From: the human T2T-CHM13v2.0 reference genome, Homo sapiens
NCBI RefSeq assembly: GCF_009914755.1
Contig: NC_060926.1
Length of the DNA: 64,000 nucleotides
Direction: 5' to 3' (one strand)
Positions 25,880 through 39,935 of this stretch are shown one piece after another. Numbering within the stretch: the stretch's first letter is position 1; the number at the start of each line of letters is the position of its first letter. Under the pieces are notes generated by a model. The model was not told the origin of the DNA and searched no databases. It saw only the letters and a list, made by a program, of their open reading frames with translations. Made by a program: the position numbers and the translations under genes.

Positions 25880-27135
25880 TGTGTTCCCCAAATCCTCCCA
25901 TTTTCTTCCTGAACACACACATTTAACTACATTTACGAGCCCCCTGGGACTTAGTCTGGGACCAGGGGACTGAGTTAAGGTTAAGATAACGAGGGCAGAA
26001 GTGGTATACACCACCTCCAGGCCTAGCCCATAAAAATCTCCACTCTGTTCACATTCTTTCTGCAGTAACACAGATGGTCACACATGGTCACACATGCTGA
26101 AGATGGTAGCACCACAAGACAGAGGAACATGGTCCTTGAAAGGCTGCATGGAGCAGATTGTCCTCCAACCAGTGCCAACCACATCCAACTTGAGCCATTA
26201 ATACTATTTTGTGTCTTAAGCCATTGAGATCTGGGAGCTCTTTGTTGCCACAGCTACCATTACTGAAGCAGCTACATTACCTGACCCCTTCACAGTTGGG
26301 AAATGGAGCACAGGGGCACTGGAAAAAGGCTGCCGCTTCAATGCCAGCAGGGGTGAATTCCACTCACTCAGACCCACTGCACTTCACCCCTCATGGGAGG
26401 GAGAGCACACAGGTGAGTGGGTGCAGGAGCCGGGGCAGTCACTTTTGGGTGCCAGCATGAATGAACTTTGTACCAACCCCACAGCAGTGTATAGGGAGCT
26501 GCCCCTATACACTGAGCCCCAGCTGGCTCCCCTGAAGCCCCAGAGGAGTGTCACAGTCAGTACTCTTTTAACTTTGCTATCCACAGATGGCTTAAGTGTT
26601 AACAGCTCAGTGGAGGGTTCGTGTGACAGCCTTTTGCACCCACATTCATGTCTCCAAGTTCTTGTCCAGTGTCCAGGAAAAATGAAGTCACACAAATGAA
26701 TTGAAAATGGTAAATGCAGGGAATTTTATTGCCAATGAAAGTGGCTCTCAGCAGGATAAGGAGTTGAAAAGGGGATGAGGCGGGAAGGCAATACTCCCCC
26801 AAAGTCCAGCCATCCTCAGCCAAACTCCTCTCCAAAGCTACACCATCAAGCTACTTCCCTCTGAAGTCAAGCCACTTCTGTCTGACGTCCAACCATAGTC
26901 TCCTATGTCCAGCTGCTTCTCCTCTTGTCCTCCCTCTGCCAGTTGAGCCTGGGATTTTATGGGCACAGGATGGGGGGCGGGGCAGGCCACAGGTGGTTTT
27001 GGAAAACAGGGATGCAAGTTCTCACTTTAGGCTGCGGCTCCAGACTTGATGGTGGGGCCCTTGCCAGGGACCTGCCCTCTTCTGCCCAGAATTTCCCTGC
27101 CTCCTGTCCATATCATTACCACCCTGACAAGTACT
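25880..27135 (+). mobile_element. MLT1I/J-like LTR whose 3' end is split by an LTR1-like element
   Basis: actacattt..ggcagaagtg..ccacctccaggcct..tgctgaagatgg..taagccattgagat..cagctaccattac, completed by caccctgacaagtac after 27119. Confidence 0.6.
26264..27115 (-). mobile_element. LTR1-family (ERV1) solo LTR
   Basis: Minus strand starts tgatatggacaggaggcagggaaattctgggcagaagagggc; TG..CA ends; 4-bp TSD ttac at 26260-26263 and 27116-27119. Confidence 0.85.
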
Positions 27136-27556
27136 CTACATCTCTGAGATTTTGGTAGATCACTGTTCAGTTTTTTTATGTCAGCACCCCCCCGCCTTCA
27201 TTACTTTCCCACTGTGTGCTCTAGAGGGGCCACAGACACCCTCCAACTCTCCTTTAGCTCTTAGTGGGCTCTCTGGCTGTATCTGGAAACCAAATTGACA
27301 CCAGGCAGATTAAGAAGAAGAAAGCCCACCAATTTTACTAGTTTTACATGTACATGGGGATCTTCACAAGAGAGTGGAGTCCAAAGAAGTGGCCAAAGGG
27401 AGATGCTTTTATACTTTTAATCAAAGAACCATAAATTTGAGAAGAAATGACAGGACAAAGGGGATCTGGCTAGTGCAGTAAATTTCCAGGGGACTCACTT
27501 GAAGATATATAGGGGATGGGGAGGTGGTAAAACTGAAGAAAGATAAGCATTACTTT

Positions 27557-28458
<902 letters not shown>

Positions 28459-28704
28459 CTTTGTTAAGTATGTTTATTCAGGTCCATTGTAGCCCCAATT
28501 CCCAGCCTCTAGTGATAAGGGCTATTTTCTCACCCTGGTACTGTGAGGGTACCCCTCCCAGAGGACTCGTAATGGTTTGCTGCATGCAGAAGACAGGTCA
28601 GCTAGCCCTTTCTGAAACTACATATTTACTATTTTCCACTTGAAATAATCAATACACCATTCTGGCATATTTTAGGATGGTATATGCTTCATTCCTTCAA
28701 TGTC

Positions 28705-28860
28705 TTTGGGAAAACTATTTAATCTATGTTAACTGTGATTTACACATTGGAAAACAGAACTAATAATACTTAAAATACATGGTTGTGGAGAGATTTGAAT
28801 GTAAAATAGAACTGACATTGTCCCTGGCTTGTAGCAGGTGCTCAGTTAATGGTAGTTATC
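28705..28860 (+). mobile_element. MIR fragment
   Basis: ttgggaaaactatttaatct..taataatactt..ggttgtggagagattt..gtagcaggtgctcagttaatggtagttat. Confidence 0.6.
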
Positions 28861-29963
28861 TCGTGCAGCCATTCAAGCTCAAAATTTTCACAAAAGTAAA
28901 TGATATTGGATGAAGAAGGAAGATAATTGCATTTTTCCTTGTCCCTTGGGATGAGTTAAGTCCAGGATTTTCACAGTTTGCCTCAGTTTGGCTTCACACT
29001 TCTGTGTTCACCAGGGGTTGCTTTATTTACCTGGATGTAGAATTGAATAGGTGTGAATTGCAAGATAACAGCTCTGGAGGGCTGACATTAGCATTTCAAA
29101 AAAGTCGTCAAATGGCTGATGGGAAGTGTTTTCACACACTGCCTAATCTCTTTTCACACATCTATGCTCCAGGCTGGATGCTTTTTATCACCTGTGGAAG
29201 GAATTGAATAGCTGTGAGCTCCACAGCCATGAGGCTTACATCATATTTTAGCATTTCAAAGAGAAATCAAAGGAGCTTTTAGGAAGAATTTCCACAGTTC
29301 TCAAAGTTATACCCAGGCATTTTCTGGATTCTAGTAAGTTGTTATAAGTCCAGAAAGAACTGAACTGAGAAAAGCTAGGAAAAATACAATTTTGCATGGG
29401 AAAGGCCCTCACAGCCCTGCGGGGCCCTCCTGCCACATGCTGACAAGGGGTCTCTAAGCCCCGATGCACCCCTGGTGGTGGGACGGGCTCCCTCAGGGGC
29501 AGCTGCACCACTGTTGAGCCTGTCAACTTTGAAGATTTTTCTTCTCTTGAGCAAACATCTGCTGCCCTAAATGCCTGTTCATCCTTTGTGGTTATATGTT
29601 TTACAGTAAGGCAAAATGAGCTAGACTCCCTGTTGTGGGACAATCCTTCGGATATCTCAGGGCAGCTGTTAGAGATGCCTGTCACCCTCAGCCTCACTAC
29701 CTGGCACCCTCATTCCTTCCCTTTGTCCCAGACATGCCTTCACTGGGAGCCTTCCCAGATATCCTGGCCGCTCTCCTTCTAATGGATTTTTTTAATAGAC
29801 TTGATTTTTTAGGATAGTTTTAGGCTCATAGCAAAACTGAGCAGAAGGCACAGAGTTCCCATACACCCCCTGCCGCACACATGCACAGCCTCCCCACCTA
29901 TCAGTGTCTCTCACCACAGCAGTGCATTGCTACAGTTGATGAGCCTGTGCTGACATGTCACTA

Positions 29964-30890
29964 TGTTCCCAGGAAAAAAACGGAGTTCATTCTGAAACCA
30001 GTCCAATTGTCCTATCAAACTAATACTTATGGTTATTTGAATAAACATAGAAATAGACTCCCACCCCAGGGTTAAAATTTGTAATTTGTCTCATCCGAGT
30101 TTCTTTCTCAGAAAACTGACTCTCAGGCAAGAAACTAAAACTTATCAGATTTCCACATCCAGATAATGAGATGTCAGCCCCCTCATCCATCATGATTACT
30201 TCCTTACCCCTCCCTAATTCCTGGCTGTATAAGCACCCCAATTTTAATCTGTTGGAGAGATGGATTTGAGACTGAGCTCCCATCTTCCTTGGCTGCAGCA
30301 CCCGATTAAAGCCTTCTTCCCTGGCAGTACTTGTTGTCTCAGTGATTGGCTTCCTGTGCAGCAAACAACAGGACCTAGACCAAACCCTCAGTGCTTCAGT
30401 AACAGTTTGCCTGGCAGGTAACAGATGACTCCCTATGAGAACACAGGTTTTGATCAATAGTTTCATTACTTGGCACAAATAAGAAGAGCACTGGGAGGAT
30501 TCTCCAAAGCAGTGTCTCCCTGAGAAAAAGGGACAGGAGAGTCTTATGGGGTGATAGGGTGGGGAGAGGGTGCATAGCTGCATATAGAGGAGGGGCCCAG
30601 TGGCGCAGACACAGTGAGTCATCATGCCAGCGCATGGGTTGCATCTTATGGTAATGAAGCTACAGCTACTCCCAGCATGGAGACTTTAGCATGGTCATGA
30701 GGATAACATTCACTCGGGGCCATTTATAAGTTGCTGGGGTCTGTCAGGACCTGGTTTCAACTGACTAGGTGACTGCATTCCACATACTGTTTGGGGAAAA
30801 ACAAGCTGCAAGGTAGGAGACTGTAAAACAGGCTGATTGCTGAAGTTGGTTAAATTCCTAGTCCCTGGAGACCCTCCCTGTCTGCTTACA
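29964..30890 (-). mobile_element. ERV1-class solo LTR (subfamily uncertain) split by another LTR
   Basis: TG..CA termini; minus strand starts tgtaagcagacagggagggtctccagggactaggaattt; interrupts the L1 cleanly. Confidence 0.7.
29993..30404 (+). mobile_element. LTR47-like solo LTR
   Basis: tgaaaccagtccaattgtcc..tgaataaacatagaaat..attaaagccttcttccctggc..gtaaca; same family as 61302-61965. Confidence 0.75.
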
Positions 30891-31059
30891 ATGATCATCC
30901 AAAGACCATAGTTGGCATGCGGATTCAGTCTGGATGATGCATATTCTGTGGGTTTGGACAAATGCATAACAACATGTATCCACCATTATAGTATCATACG
31001 GCATAGTTCGCTGCACTAAAAATCCTCCGTGCTCTGCCTGGTCATCCCTCCCCACCTCC

Positions 31060-31445
31060 TGTAGGGGAGGAAGGTTTCCTCAACCCTTTTGGGGTCCCTG
31101 GCTAGGACCAAAAATAAAACTGAAAGGACAGATCAACAGGAGAAAAGCATACAAATTTATTCAAGAAACTTTACATGACATGGGAGCCTTAATAAGCAAA
31201 TGAAGAGTCCCTGAAATAGCAAAACCTGTGTTTTTTATGCTAAGCCTGGTGAAAGAAGTGATGGCTGTGGGGAAACATGACTGGACAACGTGGGTGTCAT
31301 CTAACAGTAAAACACTGAGGGGAGCTCAGCCTGGCCTGTGTGTCCTGGTGCTTTTCTGTGTCTCTGGGTGATACTCTTTCCCTCTGAGTATCCAGCTGAA
31401 CATCTGTCACTTGAGGGTCTTCAGGACAGAAGGGTGGGAGAAGGG
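31060..31445 (-). mobile_element. MER34-like LTR, partial
   Basis: tgtaggggagg..gacagatcaacaggagaaaagcatacaaatttatt..acatgacatgggagcctt. Confidence 0.65.
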
Positions 31446-31921
31446 AAAATAATGCCCATCTCATAGGACCATTAGGAGGATTGATTTAAAAAAAAAAAAT
31501 TTAAGAATGTAAAGTTCTCCATTTTTACTTTAGTCTCAATAAACACAGTACCTGCCACACTTTAGGCACCCTGTATGTAATTAATTGATCGAACTGGTTA
31601 ATAACAAGCAAGGCATTAATGCTTTCCCTTCCCAGAGCATCAGATCTGAAAAGCAAAGGGAGGAAGTTGGAGGGGTAGATGTGGGGGCAGAGAGAGAAAG
31701 AGAGAATGTGGGAAACAGGCAGCTTCCGCACCTCCTGGCAAGGCGCCAATGCACTTACACCACTGGAAGCCTCGGGTGTCTGGGGCAGCAAGGGCTGGCT
31801 GCCCACCAGACATTCGTGCTCCCCTTCCAGAGACTGAGGTATGGCTGGAGGGCAAGAGTCCCGCCAGAGGTGCAAAACCCAGGCTCCACACATCTCAGTG
31901 TGATATGTCACTCATTCCCAA

Positions 31922-32649
31922 TGTGAAATAAAAATAAAATCTTAAGCCCTGGACAGACTGAATGGACTGCTCCTGGCCAAGGAGACCCCAGAAAAACATT
32001 TAAAACTAAGTTTCCCAGCCATAGCCATGAAGAGACAGGAGGTTGGTCATGCCTCAGTACTCCCCCTTCCTCAGCAACCAATACCAGGCCAGTTTTTTCC
32101 TAAGAATTAAACAGAAACCAGCCCTGGAAAACTAAAAATGGAAGACTCCTCTGTGGATTCCAATTTCAATCAACCCCCTGATGCTGTCACCAGGGTCCCC
32201 TCCCTTTTTGCCTTTCAATGTTGATGGCTGACCAGTGTCACAAAGCTTTCCTATGACCCTGACCACAGACTGGTTCTGGCCAGTTTACAGAGGCTATGCA
32301 CTGAGTGACTCTGGATCCTAAGTTTTACCTTTGGCATGTAGGGCTTAATTTTACTGCATCTATAATGTTAAGTCTCCACCCCAAGGTGAACATGGGATAT
32401 ATGCAACATGTATGTTTGCTTATCATGCCTGTGCAGGACCCTTTTTCATGAATATTCATAATCCACCTATAACCTGTAACAAAGTTATATTTAGCCAACT
32501 AATTTAGGAAAACTCCTTGTCCTCCTTCCTCCCTCAAAGTGCCTGCTTTTGGCCTCTGCTTGAGGCTCCAGTCCCAGTCCTGCAGGTTGCACCCTTTATA
32601 GAAAGTTTCCCTTTCCAAATTTATGAATCTCGTGAGTTCTAAGTCAATA
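31922..32649 (+). mobile_element. MER4-group ERV1 solo LTR
   Basis: tgtgaaataaaaataaaatcttaagcc..gactgaatggac..ggccaagg..aatgttaagtctccaccccaaggtgaacatggg..ttttcatgaatattcata. Confidence 0.75.
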
Positions 32650-32859
32650 CCACCAAAGGCATGAGACACGAGGTGATGTGGGTCACATCCACGGCAAGCT
32701 GCCTAAAACAGGGTCCTCTTCTTCACTCTCATTCTTGCTTTCTCTTTCTGCCAGATTAATGCAGATTAGCAGGATGGATTCATCTCACCCCAGCCCAAGG
32801 CACCAGTGTCTGATTCCCAGAATTATAACTCCCTGAGGGTTGGGATAAACACAGCTCCC

Positions 32860-33130
32860 CCTCCCTGCCCCCATATGAGCTACTCCAGCCTGAGCGCTCA
32901 TCCACCCATCTGGTTTCAATCACCACCTACTGGCTGACCATTCCCAGGCAGACATGGAGCCCAGACCCCACGCCTGTGCATCGCATGGCCTCTGAGCTGT
33001 CTCTGCCTGCAGGCACCTCCAATTCCACACAACGCTGCCTAAGTCAACCCCTTTCCTGTTGCACATCCCACATCCCACATGGGCACCGGAGCCTCGTCTT
33101 CCTCATCATCCAAACCTGGATTCCATCACC
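32860..33130 (+). mobile_element. L2 fragment
   Basis: ctcatccac..tggtttcaatcaccacctactggctgac..tcccag..aggcacctc. Confidence 0.45.
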
Positions 33131-33136
33131 TTGCAT

Positions 33137-33354
33137 GTTAACTACCTATCCAGGTTAACTATTCACCCAGGTTAACTACCACCCAGGTTAACTATTCACC
33201 CAGGTTAACTACCACCCAGGTTAACTATCCACCCAGGTTAACTACCACCCAGGTTAACTATTCACCCAGGTTAACTACCAGCCAGGTTAACTATTCACCC
33301 AAGTTAACTACCACCCAGGTTAACTATTCACCCAGGTTAACTACCACCCAGGTT
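33137..33354. repeat. Minisatellite: 13 units of 16/17 bp (GTTAACTATTCACCCAG / GTTAACTACCACCCAG) forming a 33-bp higher-order repeat
   Basis: Units parsed directly from the sequence; near-perfect alternation. Confidence 0.97.
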
Positions 33355-34149
33355 GGGTCACCCCTGCCCCAATTCTTCATATCCCCCAACTCCTCCTTGT
33401 CTACTCCCTCTGAAGCCCTGCTGTATGTAACTCTGATATGACATCTGCCACCCTACATACGAACTACCTGATCACAGGGAGCACAAACTGTCACCCTAAA
33501 GGTCCAGGTCCACAGGCCCAACACACAAAACCATCACTAGGGGCTACAACTCAGCCACACTGGCCTAAGGGAGAAGAAAGGAAATAAAGACCAGGCATAT
33601 TCCCACAGCCTCACTTACAGGGAATGTCCCCCGTTCCTATTAGAGGGAGGAAGGGTTCAAAGTCAGCAGAGAGTGTGCCTGGGCACGGCGCGTAGTGTGT
33701 AATATATGCCTGTGCCTAAGTTAACTGTGCAGGGAGCTGTACTTCTCATGCTCAGTGCATCCCTTGGCCATCGTGTGCTTAAAGCCCTGAGTTAGCCAAA
33801 GTCTCAGGGGGCCCTGTGGGGAGATCTGCCTGGCTGCCATGGTCAGGATCCTGATGCCCACAGGGGAGACCAGCTGAGCAATCCCGAGTGTAGAAAACTG
33901 AACAAGAGTGGTTCCTCTTATTTTTTATTTTAGCTTTATTGGATTGTTTTTTCTCCAATTGTATACATAGCACATTCTCACTCTAAAAAGAAAAAGCCAA
34001 ACAGAACAGGAAAGTATACAGGGAAAGTAAGAATTGCCTGAAATCTCTCCACAGCGGCCATCCTTTCATATGTTTCTCTATGCAGATTTAGTGTTTAAAC
34101 ACAGTATTTAAATGCCGATGTTTAAGACACATAAGTGGAGATTTGTGTT

Positions 34150-34340
34150 GGGACAGTGATGTGGCTAACAGCATGTTACCTGGAGCCACACTGCTCGGGT
34201 TCCAACCCTGGCTCAGCCACTTCCTGGATTTGTGATCAGGGGCAAGTTGTTTGACCTCCCTGTGCCTCAGTTTCCTCACCAGCAAAATCGAATTAATAAG
34301 GTGGTATTTACCTCCTATGGTTATTGAGAGGATTAAATCA
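34150..34340 (+). mobile_element. MIR
   Basis: ctggagccacactgctcgggttccaaccctggctc..ggcaagttgtttgacctccctgtgcctcagtttcctca..gagaggattaaat. Confidence 0.85.
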
Positions 34341-36123
34341 GCATCCTATGAGGCAGGTGCTCTAACTTCATTTTACATTTATGTTTGTCTTTTAAATACA
34401 TCATCTGCTTATCTAGGCAAGCTCATCTGCATATTCAGGCCAGTGCTGAAGCATTTAGATCCTTTCCTGTCGTTTTCTGTGACTGTAAGAGGTGTCTAAA
34501 GCCCACTGCCCAACACCAGGCAATCCTGCCCCTGGCTTCCCATCTCACAGCTCCTCTCAGTTGCCCCTTGTCCATGGCTGCTGGTCGAGGCCACCCCTCT
34601 AGAATCACTGCCTTTCCTGTCTGCTCCTGTCCCTCTCCAGTCCCAGGCAGCTGGGGCATTCTGCAGCTGGGACACAGCCCTCCTGGCCAGGAAGCTCACT
34701 GTGTGGGCAGGCCCAGCCCCTAGCCATGTTAGCCTATCCATTCGTCTGGTCAGGGCCCCTCATTCCCTGTGCATACCACTCCCCAAGCCGCACATCCAAG
34801 AACGACAAAGTCCCCTCCTGATGGACCTGGCCTGCATCTCCACCTGGCCACTGCTTCTAGACACCAAGAACCTCCTCCCCCAACTATATCTCAATGTCCC
34901 CATCTATAAAATGGGACCATTGCATGCAAAGGCCTCCCTTCCACCCTGACATTCTACATCTGAGACTCTGTCCTGGCCTATGACATAGATGCTAATTCTG
35001 CTTTACACCCCTGGGAACGCTGTCCTGCTTTGGGCCATTGTCAGCGGGGCTGTCACCAGTCAACCCAGGCTCCCCCTACCAAGCATGCATGCTTTCAGCC
35101 CTGGCCTTTCCCTCCTTGATCTCATTGCCCCCTCTCAGGGTCCTTAATCAGTGTGAGGAGGCAATGCACGTGGCCCTGCTTTGTACAGGTGCAGGATTAA
35201 CAGAATGGATTCAGTAACTCAGCAAGGTGAGCGCACCCCAGCACTGTATGGTGCTTTGTTGTTTGAGGAGGGCAGTGGGTGGCTTAGATTTTTTGGTGGC
35301 AAGTTGATTTTTTAAATTATCAGGTGGCTAAAATTAGACATTGCAGTATGGGCAATGCCTGTGATCAAAATGCCCCCTCCTGGCTTTCTAGCTGCTAAAC
35401 AGCACTCTCTGTGCCCCTGGCTCCCCTGCTCTGGGTTGGTAGAAGATGTGGCTTCCTGGGCTGGTTTCCTCAGAATACTCCTGAATTCCTGCAGAGACTG
35501 GGAAGGGACCCATCCCCGCCAGCCGCAGGCTCAACTGGAGTTGGCTCAAGGTTATCTTCCTCACAGGCGTAAGCTAGTGGGATTTTTCCTGCTGGGGCTT
35601 TTCTGCTAATTGTTCTTTATTGAGGTATAACTGACATATGGTAAAGGACACAAATCTTAAGTGCTCAGCTTGATGCGTTTTGACAAATTCACACACTCAC
35701 GTGAGCATCACACAAATGCAGTTAGAGCATTTCCATGGCCACACAAAGTCCCCTTCAGTCACTCTCCCAGCCCCTGCTCAGGCAGTGATGGCTCTGACTT
35801 TTCAAAATTCAGTGGGATTATACAGTGTGCCGTCCTCTATGTCTGACTGCTTTCTCTCAACAAAATGTTTCTGAGACGTATCCATGATTGCATGTATCAG
35901 CAGTTCCTTTCTATCAATGAGTAGTATTCCACTGTAGGAAGATAACACAGTTTGTACCACCTGTTCATAGAAATTTGGATTGTTTCCAGTTTGAGGCTAC
36001 AGTGAAGAGCCACCATGGAAGTCCTTGTGCATGTTTTTTGTGGACATAGTCACTCATTTCTGCTAGGTATATTTCTAATATTGAAACTATTGGATCATAG
36101 GGTAGATATATGTTCAACATTAT

Positions 36124-37265
36124 TGAGATGGAGCAAGGACCCCTAAGACCCATCTTAAGGGCCTACGGGGTCATCCCCAAGCATGGAAATGAAGGAAAAT
36201 CTGAGTCTCTTCAAGGGCAATTCCAAACATCTAGCTGGCCTTGGGAGGTAAATGAGAAATCTGATAAGCAAGAAGGTAACAGCAGCTTAAAACAATCACC
36301 AAGGAAATTAGAGACACAAGATGTTTGGTTCCTATAGAAATTAAAATAACATCTTCAAACATGTCCCTTAGTTGTTTTCCAGAAATGCGGGCCGCCATGA
36401 TGGAAAATGCTGACCGCTGTCATGCAGACCTCAGAGAAGGAGGAACTAGGGACTGAAATCTAACTGTAGTTCCTTGTTCTCAATTTCTTCCTGCCCGGGT
36501 GCTGTAATCCTAGCACTTTGGGATGCTGACCGGGGCAGATCGCTTGAGTTTGAGCCATCATGGCAAAACCCTGTCTCGGCCAAGCACAGTGGCTCACTCC
36601 TATAATCCCAGCACTTTGGGAGGCCGAGGTGGGCGGATCACCTGTGGTCAGGAGTTCAAGACCAGCCTAGCCAACATGGTGAAACCCAGTCTGTACTAAA
36701 AATACAAAAATTAGTTGGGCTTGGAGGTGGGCACCTGTAGTCCCAGCTACTCAGGAGTCTGAGGTGGGAGGCTGGCTTGAGTCCTGGAGGTAGAGGTTGC
36801 AGTGAGCTGAGATTGTGCCACTACACACTCCAGCAATAAATAAATAAAAATTTCTTCCTGAGGCGCCTGGAGAGAGTTATCCCCACAGGTCGCAATTTAA
36901 CATTCCTTTTTTCTGACCTTAAGTTTTTAGACAAAGCCTCATTTATTTAACCAACTGCAAATCAGAGAATCTCTGAATCCTCCTATGACCCGTAAGCCCC
37001 CACTTCAAGATACCCTACCTTTTTTAGCCTAACCAATGTATAACCTCCATGTACTGATTTACAATTCTGTTTGTAACTTCTGCTTTCTTGCTATGTACCC
37101 CTGCCTTTGAAAGCCCTGTTTACAAGCTGCTGGGGAGTTTGAGCCATAAGCATTAACTGCCCAGTGCTCGCTTGGCACTGTGCCATAAATGCCTCACTTT
37201 CTCTCGCAGCAAATCTCCATGTCAGCTTTTGGTTTTGCTGTGGACCCATGCTTGGTTTGCTAACA
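36124..37265 (+). mobile_element. MER72/MER49-like ERV1 solo LTR containing a composite Alu
   Basis: tgagatggagcaaggacccc..caagcatggaaatgaaggaaaatc..gctaaca; TSD ttat at 36120-36123 and 37266-37269. Confidence 0.82.
36494..36848 (+). mobile_element. Composite three-monomer Alu
   Basis: Internally deleted left monomer (to 36577) fused to an Alu dimer; (AATA)n tail; single TSD aatttcttcctg. Confidence 0.9.
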
Positions 37266-38214
37266 TTATCAAAAAGAGCCAAATAATTTTCCAAAGCCAT
37301 TGTGCCATTTTACATCCCCACCAGCAATGTGTGAGATTTCCAGCTATTTCACATTCTTATTTTAGCCAGAAAAGTGGATGCATTTTTAACACTACCATCA
37401 ATGGTGTTTTTTCATTTTATTTTCCAATTGCTTGTTGCTTATATATAGAAATACAACTGGTTTCTGTCATGTCCTCTATTAAAAAAAAACAGTTTTATCT
37501 TTTCCTTTTCTAGCTGTATGCATTTTATTTTATTTTTTCTTACCTTATTACAGTGTCTAGGACCTCCAGTATAATATTGAATAAAGTTTATAAGACCTGG
37601 CCTTGCATTTCTTCTAACCTAAGGGAAAAAAATTCAATGTTTTATGATTAAGGTTTATGTTAGCTGTAGATATGTCACAGATACCTTTTGTTAATTTATG
37701 AAAGTTGCTTTCTAGTCATGGTCAGCTGAGATTTATCATTTATCACCTATTTATCATAAATAAGTGTTGACTTTCATTACATTTTTCTAAAATTTTTAAG
37801 AAAATTATGTTTGATTTTCTGTCTTGCTAGTGCAGTGAAACAAATTGATTTAGAAATGTTAGACCAATCTTACTTTTTTGAAATAAAATGCAGCTGGTCA
37901 TGAGATAGTGTCCCTTTTAAATATTGGTTGATTAGGCTTAATAGTATTTTGTTAGAATTTTTGCATTTTTATTCATTATTTATTTATTTATTCCTTTATT
38001 TATTTATTGCAATATCCTTGCTAGACTTTGATATCAGGCTTATGTTGCTCTTATAAAAGAAACTGGGAAATATTTCCTCTTATCTATTCTCTGAGGAAAA
38101 AAATTGTGAACAATTGGCAATTTTTTTCCTCCTACAATGTTAGGGAGAATTCACGAATAAAACCATATGGACCTGGAATTTTAAAACTTAGAACAGTTTT
38201 TCATGCGGCCTTGA

Positions 38215-38606
<392 letters not shown>

Positions 38607-38754
38607 CCATTCCCGTTTTCTTTAAATTGTCAAATTATTAGCATAAAGTTGTGTGTAATAATAGTTAACATGTTAATATCCCTAAAAGACTGTAGGATCT
38701 GTAGTAATATCTTTTTTTTTTTTTTTGTCAATAGTCCTAGAAATTGACAATGTT

Positions 38755-39399
38755 ACATTTTCCCAGAGCCCTGGGCTCCGGAAAATAGCAATCATTAAGA
38801 AATCCCCTTACTTGTTTGTATTCCAGAAAAAGACTTACTGCAAAGAAACACCCCTCCCTACATAACTTCCCCCATATGACTCACAGATGCCACATTGTTC
38901 ATCTATCATGAGGCCAAACACAGGCACTCCAAATTCCCACTCTTTGCCTCATAAATTATTAAACTACTTGGTACCCACTGTTCAATCAGAACAAAATGTT
39001 TGTTAACCTAACCTTAGTTAAGATTCTGTCTTTCCCCTAGGTCCCAGAATTCTCACTCACCTTCACTCTGAGCCAACATACAACATACAGCCCTTCCTTA
39101 ATGGCCTTTCTCAAGAGTAGGCTGACCTCAGGATAAAACATCCTCTAACCTATTGTCTGATCATCTCCCCTCCAACCTGTAATCCTGTTCTTCCAATTTT
39201 CACACTCTGGGTTCTTTCCAGGTTTGTTTACTCCTCCTTATAAAAGAAAAGTCCTTTTCCGCTTAACCTTTGAGACCCTTACAGTTCTCATGGTGAGAGA
39301 ATTCTCCTTAATGCGATAGTCCCTTTCCCCCTTCCCTTGCAATAATCTTTCAGTTAAAGTCTCTTCTTATCTAAATTTGGAGTTGTTTTTTATTTGACA
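38755..39399 (+). mobile_element. MER67/MER31-like ERV1 solo LTR
   Basis: cagagccctgggc..cattaagaaatcccct..ccaaattcccactctttgcctcataaat..taggctgacctcagg..tttatttgaca. Confidence 0.75.
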
Positions 39400-39935
39400 G
39401 AATTCATCAATTTTACTAATCTATTCAAAGAAACAACTTTGGCTCTGTTAATTTTATCTGTTGTTGATTTGTTTTCCGTTGGTTTCTGCTCTTAATTATT
39501 TTCTTCTGCCTTCTCTCTGTTTTCATTATTTCTTCTGTTTTATGACTTATTGAGATGAAAGCTAGATCATTTAGTTTAAAACCACTTTCCAATTTAATAT
39601 ATTCACTTAGTGCAATAAATACATCCCTTTACATCCCACAAATGTTGATACATTGTTTACATTTTTGCTTGGTTCAAAATATTGTCTAACTCCCTTGCGA
39701 TTTCTTCCTAGATCCATGGGTTATTTAGAAGTATGTTGCTTAATTTCCAAATACTTTATAATTTTCTAGGTTTCTATTTTTTGGGGGGGAAGGAGGGGGT
39801 TTAATATGGTCGGAGAATGTACTCTGTATCATTCCAATCCTTTAGATGTCATTGACATGTTATTGTTTTTAATATGCCCCAGGCGATAGTCTATCCTGGT
39901 AAGTATTCCATGTGCAATTACACAGAATGCTTATT

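Larger units (their letters stand above)
29788..31059 (-). mobile_element. L1MC/MD-type 3' end split by nested LTRs (29788-29963 and 30891-31059)
   Basis: ttttaggctcatagcaaaactgagcagaagg..tacagttgatgagcct..catgtcacta rejoins tcatccaaagaccatagtt..attctgtgggtttggacaaatgcata. Confidence 0.8.

Noticed and set aside
30020-30625. 201-aa minus-strand ORF
   Set aside because: It spans the junction of two nested LTRs and has no gag/pol/env resemblance.
33137-33354. CRISPR-like repeat array
   Set aside because: There are no unique spacers and no cas genes, and the context is primate DNA; it is a plain minisatellite.
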